From the NCBI RefSeq assembly GCF_001949145.1, contig NW_019091357.1, forward strand, positions 1,638,746 to 1,702,745: a stretch of 64,000 nt of DNA, written 5' to 3'. The position numbers and the translations under genes were made by a program. The notes under the pieces were generated by a model that saw only the letters and a program-made list of their open reading frames with translations, made no database searches and was not told where the DNA came from. The stretch is from Acanthaster planci (taxonomy: Eukaryota). Shown here piece by piece: positions 1-14,400 of this stretch; position 1 is the first letter of the stretch; each line of letters opens with the position of its first letter.

Positions 1-2468
1 AATGTTAATTTTGGCTAAAGTATTTTTTTGTAAATTACCCTGACCTCAAACAAAACTCGTCTCCTTATTTTTTTACTAACAAGCCCGCATGCGTGTAAAG
101 AACGTGTTTCAAACACTCTACAAAATGACACTACAGCCAAAACCGCGACAGTTTTTCGGTTACCGCCAAAAGTGAGAATCAGAAATCCAATTTTTAACTG
201 CGCTTTACGAGATTAAGTGTGGATGAATGGAAACTGCAATAAAATATGTTAGGTGTAATCCTGGTAACCCATACACGGTATGGCTTGATAATCCGTTTAA
301 ATGCACAATGCGGCCGTCTGGGAATTAACACACACAGACCAGAAGTTCGTGGTGAGGCCAGAAGTGGAAGTGGTATTTTCAAGGATTATGGGCTCTCTCT
401 TGTCCTTTGTGAGCATGCCGGGCGGTGCGGAGGCAGCATTCGCACGGCTAATAAAGTTCAATGCTGGATAATCAATCAAAGTGAGGCGCATGAATATTCC
501 CACAAATTCACTACAAACCATTTTGTATCAATCTGTGAGAACAAGATGTAAGATGTTCCCGATGTGTACGTGTGCGGACACCATCTTTATTGCATCTCTT
601 CCACGAATGGGGCATTGATTTAAATTCGTTTGATTCATTTCTTGATCTATTATTGATCCATTTCTGTTGGAAATAAACCCCTGAAGTATGCATTTCTTAT
701 TTATTATCACTGGCAGTGTCCAATTATGAAACAAATGCAATGAAGTAGGCCTAAAAAGAAATAAGCAGTGAAGGATTTACTCGCTACATAGTCTGTTCAT
801 CATCGTCGTGACCATCGAAAAGTTTCTTTTTGGTTTAAGCTTCAGACATCAAACCTCTAATAAAAAAGCAGTGAGCTTCCATGTGTTAAACGATCAATCA
901 TTACTTATGATGATACGGTGAGCAAACACGCGACCTCGATGACAGCGCTCTCCTCCGACCGTTGCAACGACTCAGGAGGGAAAAAAACTGCAGCCGGCCA
1001 CGCTCACAGAGACACTAGCAGGTATAGACGCACCCCCACCAGCAACACTTTTCAGACGTCTACCAAACCCTTGACTTAATGTTGATGTGAAAAGGCGACT
1101 CATTTTACACCACAAAAACAAAATGATGGTATAACCATGGAGCTATTAACTACCACCTGGGCAAAAGAATTCACGTGACAAAATATCCAGCTACTGAAGG
1201 TAAATATAATTATAATTTTTTCTAGTTCCACTAGTAAAAATTATCCGAGTCTATTCTGAAACATATGTACAATTGCTTTTATCCAAAGCCCTCAGTTATA
1301 ATGAAATGATAATTACTAATGGGTAGAGATATTTTTTCTTTTCTATGGGCAGACATATTTTATTGTCCCCCCCTCTCCAAAAAGTTTTCAAATCTTGTCC
1401 CAGATATTCATACTAACAGCGTAACACCCTACAAATTAGACCACGCCCCTACCTGAGTGAACATCGTATCACATTATCGCAGAGCGTCAAAGGAGGGCGC
1501 TCTCCACATGTCGATAAACAATACAATGTGGATGTGTTGATGGAGGCATGATCGAGGTAGGTTGGGAAACAAATTTTCAGGACAAAATGGCTTTGTTACG
1601 AATCTAATTCTAAATTCAGGTAAACTTTTGACCTGTACGGGGATAAGTGGCCCCGATCTTGTGCAGAGGGGCAAGTAAGCCGTTGTCTTCGTCCCCGTTC
1701 ACGCGTCACTCACTCACGCGTCTCGTCATGGTCATTACGGGACCGGTTCTGTCACGACGAATCGTGCGTGTATGACGGTAGGACTAGGTCTTACTTAGGC
1801 CTAGTGCTTTTTGGTTGCCGTACATGAATGCAATCGTGATTTAATGCAGTGCTTATGCATCACTATCACTGAATGTCATCGTTTATCAGAGGAACAAGAC
1901 GGATGATACAAGTTGGCCTTCTTTCTAGAGTAGACTCAAATGTCAGTGTCCAAAATATATATTTGTATGGATGCATTTATGATTGGCAAGAGGGGGCCAG
2001 CAATAACCCCAATATAGCCACCGAACAAGATGAGCGATGCAATTTTCGTGAGTCTAAATTCATTTTAAGCATATTTGTTGGGTGCATTCGGCCGATCTGC
2101 ACGATCGCTCTGATTTATTGGTTAGTTCTGCAAGAAATCTCTGACTTAAACTTCCCTTTATCAGTTATGTCAGTTGTTTATGTCACAATCTTTCACAGTG
2201 GTGAATTAGAAAAGGCAGTTGGCTGATGGTGGAATTATTGACAATTGTGCAGTAAGATTGTAATAAATGTAATGACCATATGTTTCCCCATGGGCCTAGC
2301 CCAATTTCATCATGTCCAAAGTTGACCTTCTTATTTCCAATTCATGGCCTCGTTGTTTCACCCCAAGATATAAATGCAAATGCCTGTACATTGAATGTGA
2401 TGTGAGACCCTTATCTGTGGTGCCTCTGCATCCGAGAACGGAGTGTCAGGTCAATGTCCTGTACAATA

Positions 2469-5400
2469 ATGACCACCTCAACCTTGGAGAATCAAGTGCA
2501 GGAGATCCTCAATGATGCTTTGGTAAGATAATGTTCAATTGGCAAAATTAATCATTTGGTGGTGTCTAGTGGAAGTATGTACATGTTTTGTTTTGCTAAT
2601 CGCTTGATCGATTGTTTGCCACATTTGTAATTTATTTTTGTCAAGTTTTCTAACCTTCAATGATCTGACAAACTGAAGAACATACCTGCTGCACAATTAA
2701 CATGTGGATATGTACACTTACCTGGTTATTTTCTTCATTTTCAGAGAACCACATCAATTGAAGAAGCTTTCTGTGGGTAAGATAGATTTTGATTTCTAAG
2801 TATTTTTGATCGGAAAACAATCAAGAAAAAATTCTTGTTTTCCTTGCAAGCTTATCGCACAAATGCATTTCACATCTGATGACAAAAAGACTTCAAACGA
2901 AACACTGTGTATTCATTAACGCTTGTCCTCTTGTCTCCGACTGTTGTTTTCAAGTTTTATCCTGCATTCCCCGGAGGATGACCGGAATAAAGTCCTTTGC
3001 TGCATTGATTCCTTCAATCGCTTCTGGAAGTCCCTGCCCTCGGTAAGGTCAACATGAATACATCCTCATCCAGTAGTTTAGGTTTTGTTTGTTTTCCAAA
3101 ATGCTTGCATCTGCAAGCCATTGTTTTACCTAAATGTGGATCCATTTGGAAAGAGTCAAAAATCTAAGCAACGCCTGAGAAATTTGGCTTGGAGCACTTT
3201 CTCTGAAGGCAGCATGGGTTATGCGGTGTTGGTGTTTTTAAAGAGCCTAGAAGCCTCACTTTGACAGAGTGTCTCAGTATTTGAGAACCTCTTTAAGATG
3301 TTTTTGGAATATACTTCGCTACAATTCTCTCATGTTGCAGGAATCGCACGAGCATGTCTTGGAGTCTTACGTCGCCTACCTTCACCGTCAGAAGTCTTAC
3401 CAGAGGATTAAGCTTCTGTGCGACATGCTGCTGATGGCAGCAGAGAAGGTTGGCATCCCAGCCAGGTCAGTGCGAAATTTTAACCTCACCTCTAAAGCTT
3501 AGAGTCAGCCTCATACACGATCCTCATAGTCGTACAGGTGCTGTGCGTTAACTGGTTGAGAGAATGTCCGGTAACATTGAACATCTCTCCAACCTCGTAC
3601 CTCACACAGAGTGTGTTTGCTGAAGATAGATCACATCTTTCGACAAGAATACCTCCTTCCTCAACCGTGAAGCTCATATGAAAGCACACTGTGTTCTAAA
3701 GATCTGAGTACTTAACGAGATGGGAAGTAACTGGCATCTCATCTTCATATTATATCCACACCTGTTCGTCTGTCTCCTTAGATCTCTCTGCGAGGCTCTC
3801 TTATCCTCCCCGAGTCTGGACTACAAGTCCTCGGAGCTGTGGTGTAAGACGTTTCAGATGGTGGACAGAATCATCGGCAACGTAGACTACAAGGTATGAC
3901 ACGTGATGTAAACCTTGCAGTTTGGTTCATGACATGGGTTGAAATCCTGGCTTGGCTGAGAAGTCCATCAAGTTTATAGTTTCCATCAGTGGGCTTCATA
4001 GAGTATTTCTTCGAAGATTTCTGTCTGCTGATTTGTCTCTTGTGAAACAATTTTTTTTTCTTTGGGTACAGGGATGTCGGGACCTTCTCAAGGTCATCTT
4101 GGAGAAGATTGAGCTCATCCCGATCTCTGTCAACGTCTCGGCCAGCAAGCAGCTGGATGCAGCGGTCAGAGTCCTGGCCAAGATCCTAGACAGGAATACC
4201 TGTCTTCTCCCCAGCTACTTCGCAGTCAATGAACTCAAGAAACTGTTCCCAGACGACAAGCCAAACACTCACTGGGTAAAACGACAACCTCTTGATCTCT
4301 CTTTTGGCCTCCTATTGCTAGGAGAATTGCATCTTTCCCAACAGCGACACTTTGTTACACAAATATATTGAAAGCACTCATTGGGCTGGAAGGGTTTTTG
4401 TTCTTCCCAAACTGTCCCATTGAGAGGAGGGCCTATTCCCTTTTGGGAAGAATTGTATTCTCAACTAGGACTGCACCCATCTTAGCATACATTCCCATTC
4501 AGGAATACATTCCCATTTGTGTAGACATTCCAATTTAGGAAAACCTGTTACTGCAGACTCTTTCAAAGTATGGAGACATCAACGGGCATCACAAAGATAG
4601 GTTTTTTCAGATTGTTCCCACTGGATGAAGCTTTTGAAGACAAGGTGGCAGTCTGCAAACAATGTTATTGCATGTCCTTTCTCTGTTTTTTATTTTTTTT
4701 CCAGGCGGTCGGAGAGCTAGTGACCAACTTCATTGATACATTCCGGCCTACTGCCCGCATGGTGTCCATCACGGGCCGGCCCAGCCTGCTTCCCGTCGTT
4801 GGTCACTTCAACGCCACTCACAACTCCTGGAAGCTGGACCCCGTCACGCTCATGTTTCCCTTGAAGGGATTGCTGCCCTATGACAAGGTACCAGACTACC
4901 CTGAAACCTCTTTCCAACAAACACCTGCAAATGTTACACCACAAAGTAAGATAACGACTGCATCAGAGTGTAATTCAAGTTAAGCTATGACAGCTGGCCA
5001 GTCTGCTAACCTGTGATTGTCCAAAAATCTCTACAGCGATGCACACCTATCGGCACAAGGCATTAAGAGCCTACACCTATGTGCTTTATATAGTTTCAAC
5101 AAGGCAGAGATCAACTCGTCACCTGTTGTAATCAAAGATCTTTCTGTCTTATTCTTTCCACAGGAGCAGACACAGCGACAGACCAACTTGCTGCGCTACG
5201 TCCTTGAGCAGCCTTATTCGCGGGACATGGTGCGAACCATACTAGGACTCAACATTCAGGTGAGGGAGGCTCTTGCAAATTGCCACCCGTCTCTCTGAGT
5301 ACACGAGGAAAAGTTGGCAGTTTCCCGTTTACTGTTCACTAATTATCGTGGCATTTTTCCCTTGTGTAATGCTGTTCAAGCAAAAGCAGCGATGTCTGGT

Positions 5401-8400
5401 CCTGGAGGAGATGCTGGTGGACCTGGTGTCCGTCGCCATGGAGCGCACAGAGCAGACGGAGGGGACCATCGAGCTGGGCAGCCCCACGGACGCGCTGTGG
5501 CAACACCTGTCCAGCCAGCTCATCTTCTTTGTGCTCTTCAACTTTGCCAGCTTCCCCCACATGGTCATGTCACTCAACAAAAAGGTAACGTAAAATCAAC
5601 CACTTTTTGCAGAGCCCGATCCACATTAATTTGGCAACAGTAAAGTGGAGATTTACCCTTTTTTGTCTCAGATACTTCCAGAAAAAAAGTAACATTCATC
5701 AAAGAAGAAAACCCTTTTTTGGGTAGATCCCTTTTTTGGACAGTTGTCGTAATCTGTATCATGTCTATTTGGCAGGAGTCATTTTCTTACCAGACTGATA
5801 GTTTGTGATTGCATTCAGAATTTGGTTTTCGGAGTAACGTTATATCAAACTGTACCACTGCAAAAATATAATATTTTCTAACTTGTGAATAATCTCATTC
5901 ACCATCTGAAAGCATCCTTGCTTGCACGCGTTGTGTAAGTATAGGACTTCAAATATTGCAGCATGATACTGTTCCTTTTTGTGCATCGCTTTGACTTTCG
6001 TCCCTGAATTGTCTGCTCGTAACAGCTGAGCAATCGCAGCCTTACCAAGGGACGAGACCATCTGAGTTGGGTCTTGCTTCAGTACATCTCGGGTAGCATC
6101 AAGAAGAATCCGCTCAGCGACTTTTTCCCCATCTTGAAGCTGTTTGACATCTTCTTCCCTGAGAAAGAGGTGCGGAGATGTTCTTCAGGGTCTAGATTTG
6201 TTGTAACTATAGCATTGAGAATGTTGGCACATTTGACAGTCTCAAGAGTGTCTGATTATAGTTGTTATAATGCCGCTAAGCAGTGACCCTGCTTCGATTA
6301 CCAGTGCGCCACACAGATTCAGTTTTCATCTAAGCATCATCTCATGGATGTCACACGGCTCTTAAGCTTCTTTTTACACAGAAAATAGATTACTGGCTAA
6401 AAGATTCTGCAATATATAAAAATTATTACATCGGCTGGTATTTGGTTTACCAGCAACCCCACAAATATTGCTAAAAAAACTTTCCCGGGCCCCTGTCCCA
6501 AAATGTTGCTTCAGGTAAAATCTCACCTCTGGTTGTCTTCCAAGGTCTCATTTTTTTCCCCTTCTGTTTCTCTCAGCCTCTGCCCGTACCAGACGTCAGC
6601 CACCCCCAGTGCACCCACCGACTGGCCATGGCCTGCATCTGGATCCATCTGAGCCGCAAGGCACAGAGTGACAAGGTCTCTCTGCAGAGGCCTGCCCCGC
6701 CCTCACTCAAGCTGCACCTGGAGTGAGTACTCGCTGCGTCCGGTGGACCTGAGATTTATAAAATGGGAGCACGTCGTCGATTGCTAGTCAGTGTGAATCA
6801 GTCAAGAATATCTCCTGCTTGACAGTACTTGTACAAATAGTGTGTGAGAAAAAAGTCATTGATTCATTGCGCTGGTTGGACATCCAGATCTCATGCCTAC
6901 TACTTAACCACTCATCTTAACCACTAAATCTCTCTATCATGCTGTGCTTTTTCCTTTGTAGATTTTTGCAACAGAGCTACAACTGTTCCAATCTTCCTTT
7001 GACAGACTACAGGATAGCTATGCTGTGCAACGCATGTAAGTATCCATGCCATAATCCCACTAGAAGTAAAAGACCAGCTTGTTGACTGCTCTCGGAAAGT
7101 TGCACCGAGTAGAAAATGCTATCAGCATGTTCTCAAATTGCTTTATTTGTCCATATTACTAAACAGACAGCACGAGCACCGACATGTTCTCCTGGCCAAT
7201 GGGCGTCTTGGTCGACAGCATCTACAGCTCTGGCCAGACGACCGTCCCCATGCCTGGCCCCAACATTTGCGTGGCGTCTGGTCCTACCACTCCCCTTTCT
7301 ATGAGTCTGCTGGATTCGCTCACTGTCCACGCCAAAATGAGGTAAGGATGACAGTGCGGTTGTTGAGTTGTAAAGTTTTCTGTATAAAACATCGGATCAA
7401 TAAACACAGATCAATGAGACAGACATTTCTTCGGCATAAACCTGAACACTTCTCTTCTTTTGGTTGGTTACTTTAAAGTTTAATACATCACATAGTTGGC
7501 AAGAACATCATCCCTGCCATTCACCACAAGCAGTCGTCCATTGCTCTGTCGCCAGCTCTGATTGAGACTTACAGTCGTTTGCTGGTCTACATGGAGATTG
7601 AGTCACTAGGAATCAAGGGATTTATCAGTAAGTGACATCCCTCCTTAAACCCATGCCTGAACACCCCTCTACAAAACTTGTCCCGTCTCCCAAATCTGAT
7701 ACAGTACCATCGGCGCAACTCTTCATCAACTTGGCCTTCCAAAAAATCTTTAAAGTTTCCACATACTGGAAAAAAAAAGGTGCAGCCCCGAGTGACCTGA
7801 GTGGCCAATTTAAATTTAGAATATCAAATGGGATGATTTCCCAACAGGAAGACATTCCAAGGTCTCCGAGAATTATCGATGAATAACTTTAGCCGATTGC
7901 ATAGACCACCAGAATCTGCGACAGTCTTCCACGGTTGATCTGATGCACTCCAACAAGAGCCCAAGACAGTAACCACACTCTGAGGAGTGCCCCCCATATG
8001 AACTTGATGACCTGCCCAACTCACTTCATTTCAGAACTTCCTCTGACAAGTGTACCTTCCAGCACACACTGGATGGTATCTTTGCCCATAAAGACAGTCA
8101 GAAAGTAAGCTTTAAAGAAATAAGAACTGCCATTATCTCTCTCAAATCATCCTCTCAAATCAGCCAAGGTCCTGCCGACGGTGTGCGAGGCCAGCGCCTG
8201 GGGTATGCTCCACACTCTCCTGGAGTTGTTTAGCTTCAGACTCCAGCACATCCAGCCCCAGTACATTGTACAGCTGCTCTGTAACCTCCACTCTCTCAGC
8301 AAGATCCCGCTGGCCAATCAGAATCAGCTTTACCAATGGTAAGGGTCAAAGGTCACCATCCAGTACCGAAGCCCGATGTTGGCAAGGCACTTTTGGCAAG

Positions 8401-11400
8401 TATGCATTAACCAATCAGAATTACATATAACCATAACTAAGGTCAAAGGTCGGTGTTCAGCAACAGCTTCGCATAAAGTGGGTAGTATTCATTTGGCCCG
8501 AGGGGACCATTTTGCTTGTGGTAAAGGTCAAAGGTCAGTGTTCACAGAAAAGAGATACTTCAAGGGGTTGGGTCATGTCAGAGTATATGTTGCCGTAGAC
8601 TCTAGCTTTATTAGCTATGCACTACTGACGAGATGAAAAACATGAAAATAGGAAACAAAGTTTTTCTTATCCCACAGCATTGAGAGTACAGCCTTGCGCA
8701 TCATCACTGGCTTGGGTAGTGCCGACGTCCAACCTCAACTGTCCCGCTTCCTAAACGAGCCCAACAACCTATTGTCTGCTGACTCAGAGGAGCTGAACCG
8801 AGCGCTGGTGCTCACGTTAGCAAGGGCCATGCATGTCACCGGTGAGCGCTAGACCATTCACTGTACACGTAGCATCTTCTGTAAGTAGGAGCCAGATCAG
8901 CCTGCAAAAAATTCCCGTGCCGTCCAATGTTGTTAATCATGATCCTTTTTTTGTGCGAAATCTTAAGGATCAGAGACGTTGTCCGGTTCCTGGTGTAAGG
9001 ATATTCTTGCCACCCTGTTTGCCAACACCCCTCACAACTGGGCTTCACACACCCTCAAGTGCTTCCCCACCGCCCTGCAGGAGTTCTTCGAGGCAAACCC
9101 TGCCCCTCAGGAGGACCGCTCCCTGCTCAAGAAGATTGTAGAGGAAGAGCATCGCAAGTGGAAAGGTAATCTCCCACAAATGGGCAAACTTTCACAACTT
9201 TCCGATGAGGACAGTCTGGAATGAAGATAATATCCGAATGCTCCACAGTGTAGAACTGTTTTTGATCGATTGTGTATTTCGTTTTCGTCTTTCATTCTTT
9301 TGACGTATAGCCATGACCAACGAAGCTGAGATCCTGAATCGGTTTGCGGTGCAGGGTACCCAGCCCGGAGGGTCGACCCGTGGACCTAGCCAAGGCAATC
9401 AACATCTGTTTCTGTGGTAAGATGGACCAGTAAATATGGTATCACTTGCAAAGTTGGGAGGATCGTCAGGAAGAAGACTTGCTGAGAAGAGTGAAACCAG
9501 CTCTGTAACAGGCTTTCAGAGCTGTTGCTAAGTCTTTTGTCAGCAAATGTCAATTTATTTGTGACCAGTGAAGTTCTCGTAATATCCGTTGTTCTAGATG
9601 GGAGATTTCGGTGTGACCAGAGTTACGTTCTCGCCGAGGATTTTCTTTTATTTTTTTATTTTACCTCTTGTCAGCTTGATCTGGAAGATGCTTCTGGAGA
9701 ATGAGCCTAACCACATCAATCCCGTCGCTGTTAAGGTCATCGAGCGCATTGGCCCGAGGGCGCTTTCCAGCCACATCCGGACCTTCGCAGATTTCCTGGT
9801 GTTTGAGTTCTCAACCTCAGCTGGCGGCCAACACGTCAACAAGGTCAGCAATGAATATTTGATTTCCCCTCTCGTGGAACCAAAAATCTCTTTCATCTTT
9901 GTGAAGTATTTAAGTTAACCACTTGGAACTTGTGCACGCATTAGCTGATAAAAAACCCATCAGCTTAGATCATCTAATACAGTTGGTGGATACTTTGTTG
10001 ACATGTTGATATACTCTGTTGACTTGCTGATCAATCCACAGTGTGTTGAGACATTGAATGACATGGTGTGGAAGCTCAACATTGTCAGCTTGGACAGACT
10101 CATACTTAACTTGGTAAGAAGCACCATTTTCTTCTTTGCGTCACTTCACTTCTAGCCCTGATTATATCCAAATATTTAACACGGAAGCTCTGCTAAGACC
10201 ACTTTTTAAAAGTTGACAGATGAGGGCAAGCATCTTGGGTTTTTCCTTTGTCTCTGTCAGGCACTTCGTAACCACGAGGGAAGCGAGGCTCAGGTTTGTT
10301 TCTTCATCATTCAGCTGCTCCTCCTTAAACCTGTCGAGTTCCGTAACCGCGTTAATGACTTCATCAAGGAGAACTCGCCGGAGCACTGGCTGCAGTCGGA
10401 CTGGCACACCAAGCACATGAATTACCACAGGGTGGGTACCCGTCTATCCGCTGCCTATCTATCGCCATTCAGTTAACATGAGAGTGATAGTATGGTGTCA
10501 AGAAACCTTGTCAGGAACCCCGAAGCCACCAGTCTGATCATACTGCAAAACTCACCCTACAGCCCGGGCCAAATGATTTTTATTGGCGAGTCTTTGGCTT
10601 ACAGCTTGGATCGACCAATATGGGCAATGCACAGTAGTGCGCCACCAACAGTCTACAACACGTTGGCCAATCACAACGCATGAAATTTGTTGTCCCTTTC
10701 TGGGTCAACAGATTTCGAGCATTGTGATTGGCCAACGCGTTGCAAACTCTTGGTGGCGCACTATTGTGAATCGCCCGTATTAAACGAATCAAGAAGGCTG
10801 AATGTTCAATTTCTCATTTGCGATCTACAGAAGTATCCCGAGATGTATTACTACGAAGGCATGCTGGAACTCACTGGTGCGACCATGAGCTCCCCTTGCC
10901 AGAATCTACCAGTCTACTTCAGCAATGTATGCCTTCGTTTTATACCGGTAAGAACCGGTTTGGTCCAGTCGAATCTGGTTTGTTATTTGGTAATGCCAGT
11001 CTGTCTGCTGTTGGAGGTAGTGAAGCAGTTTACTCCAGTGTCTTTCCTGAGTTGAAGTGCACCCTCACTGGCAAAAACAGAGACTGGCTTGTGGGAAGTT
11101 TTTCAACCTGCAAAGATTTGTCGAGCATGCTCAGTGTGTTCTGTGCCAAATATGCTTTAATTTGCGTGGGCTCGTGATAAATTCTCACCAGTGGACAGTC
11201 GTTGCTATGCCAATTGATTCCTTCATTTATTCCTGTTTGAAGCAGATAATCTAGTTCATGGTGGTTTTCAGTGATTTAATTTCTTATCTTTTCAAATCAT
11301 TCTATTCCATAGGATGACATCTATATCACATTTCTTCCTCTCTAGGTGTTTGACATCCTCATCCATCGTTTCCTCGAGCTGCCTCCCTCTTCCAAATCCT

Positions 11401-14400
11401 TGGAGGTTCTCCTAGATCACCTGGGAGGACTCTACAAATTCCATGGTGAGGATCCACACCCATGTCAACTGAAGAGACTGAAAGCAGCTTGCTGGGCGCA
11501 GCGAAGACACAAAGTACCATGCTGCTCCTAATAGTAAATTGCTTGCAATGTGAAGTCATTCCACAGCAACATTAGCAGCTCGGGAGGCCAGCAACATACG
11601 ACGGCGCTTCTAGTTCATAGGACGTTAGAACATAGGATTCGAATTACCATACATGTCTTGTTCCTGCCTTCTTGCAGATCATCCTGTCACGTACCTTTTC
11701 AACACGCTCCACTACTACGAGAAGAAGTTGCGAGACCGCCCTCTGTTGAAGCGCAAACTCGTTGGCGCGATCATCTTGGCCCAGAAGTCAGTCAAGCCAG
11801 CTGGATGGTATGACAAAGTGCATTGTCGTTCTTTTATGTCTGACGTTCAGATATAAATACCCAGAGTTTCATAAAGAGTGTCGTATTCTTTTATAGCAGT
11901 GTATTTCTTTACAGCAAGTATTGTTAATTTTGTGAAATACACGTCTGTATTTGAATTTTCCTAATGAATATTACTGCCAAAGATATATTTCAATGCATGC
12001 ATGAAATATTCATTTATTCCATGAATAATTGCATACCAGTTATTTGAACAGATGACTGATTCCTTGATAGTTTGAAGTCGAGAAATAATTGAATATTCAT
12101 GAGACTGTTTCTTGTCCCCCTCAGGTGCTTGACTCCTCAGTACCTGGAGTACATCAATAAACCAGGTGAAGAAGTGACATGGGAACCCGACCATGATTAC
12201 TACTGCAAGCTGATTGGCCGATTGGTGGACAATATCCTTTCATTTACATAATAGTTGTGCGATACCTGGCTTCGTGCCAATTTATGTCAGGCCAGATGTA
12301 AGCATTTAATAGATATGATAAGTATAGAAAAATATCAGCGAGTTCTGTCGAGGTTAGTATCTAAAAACTCATTAGGTGATTTGATTGATGGCCATCGATA
12401 CTCACTGTCTGACAATCAGAGCAGAGTGCCTCTTGGGAGGGAGAGCTGTCGTCAAGGTATGCCATGTGCCTACAAGACCAATTGTTACACAAATTAGATC
12501 AAACCAGATGAGTTTACGTTAAAGCATACCTCGTTCCAGGGCTCCTTAACTTACCTATCCCCCCCCCCCCCGCACCTGTCTCTGGCAAGACCCAGCCCTT
12601 GTTCCAGAACATGGACTGGCGCTTCAACGAGTTCCCCAACCTGGCGGCCCATGCCCTTCACGTGACCTGCGTGGAACTGATGGCGTTACCCGGTCAAGGG
12701 AAGCAAGTCGGGAATGCCCTGCTAGAAGTCATCTTCAAGAAGTGGGGAAACACTTTGCTTCAGCCAGCCTTTAATTTTTGTCAAACTTCTCACTGTATTG
12801 GTGAAAAATTATTTCAATAAAATAGCATAATACAAAATTCAAGACTGCATGAATAAAACACTGATTTAATGGATTAGTTCTTGATTAGCAGAAAAACAAG
12901 ATACATGTTTGTAAGTAATCCTAGAGATCTGTGTTTTCCGGATCAACTTTTTTGGTCATGGACACTTCAAGAAATTTTCCAAAATAAAAAGAAGAGCGTA
13001 TAGAGAAGTTTATAGGGCTGGGTTCCCCGACCTATCAGTGGTTTTGTCTTCAGACCATTTTTACTCCAGTTTTCTTTTCTTTTCCTTGTTTGTAGCCCTT
13101 CTAGTGTCCCCAGAGATGATGTCATGGCTTGGATTAACACCATTGCTCTGGTATTGACCTCTCTACCTGTAAGTGAGTTTCTTCCAGAATTCAAAATTCT
13201 GGTTTAAGCTTGACAATAATGAATCACAATCAGTTTCCATTTCATCTTGCAATTTTTCAAGCGTTGCCTGAAGTACCGTTTACAAGAAAAATAGTGAAGA
13301 AATTGAAGTCAACTTTACCATAACATGCTTGCTAACGCAAGGACATGTTTGAAACAAAGTGTACACTTCAAACATACGACTCCAACAGAAGTAGGTCAGT
13401 TAATGTTTTTTTTTATGTCTGTCCCATTGGCAAGTCTTGCTATTGTGACGTGATTCAAGACCGCATTGTGGAAGTTCTCAGCAGCGACCTGCTGCTCAGC
13501 AAGAGTGTCACGCCGGGCGCCGGCATTCTGAACATTGCCTTTGCCGTCTTTGACTTCCGCGGCACCCACTCGTCGCACACCGAAATGATATGTGCCTACG
13601 TGCTGGCCATGACGCACGCAGTCTGGCACCATTCCAACATCGGGCAGCTGACACCATTGCAACAGTAAGTCTTGAATGTGGATGAAACTTCTAGACTGTA
13701 AATTTTGGGCTACATGCGGCGAGTTACGATAGTTAAAACTGACATTGTGATATTTTTGACATAAAAGACAAGAGGAAATCCAGGAATGTTTTAAATCCCT
13801 CTGAGAAATGTGCCAAGAAATACAGCGAGACCGTACAATACCTTTTTCATGAACAGGGTCTGAAAAAAAATAAAGTGGTGCTTTGAGATTTTAAATGAAT
13901 GTTTGATACTGTGGATGCAATATGCATTCATGTGTTTTCTTTTTTTTTCAATTAGGTTTATTCGGGATCAGGTCAAACCAATAGTGAAAACTGAAGAGCA
14001 GTATTTGTTTGTTTGTCACTTGGTGGGCCCTTTCCTCCAGAGATTTCACGAGGAGCGGACACGACTGCTGTTTGAGGTTTGTAAAAGGACTTTTATTAGT
14101 CTAGCTATTGAGACCATTAAACTGAATCCACTGTCAGCGTTTACCAAATACGTGTATTCAGTTAATCAAATTGAAGCTCAAACACAACCTTTTTGCTGGT
14201 GAAAAAAAAACCAGGTAGAAAATAGGTGATAAAATTGAGGAAGAAATTCTTTCCTCAAGAGATCCAAACCTCCAACTCATGACTGACTCATGACAACTCA
14301 TTGATCTGATATCCTTTTATTTTGTTTTTGCTCATGAGTTGCATGGAGAGTACCAGATATTGGCTTCATTTGCCAGTGACCTCATAGACTTGCGGTATTT

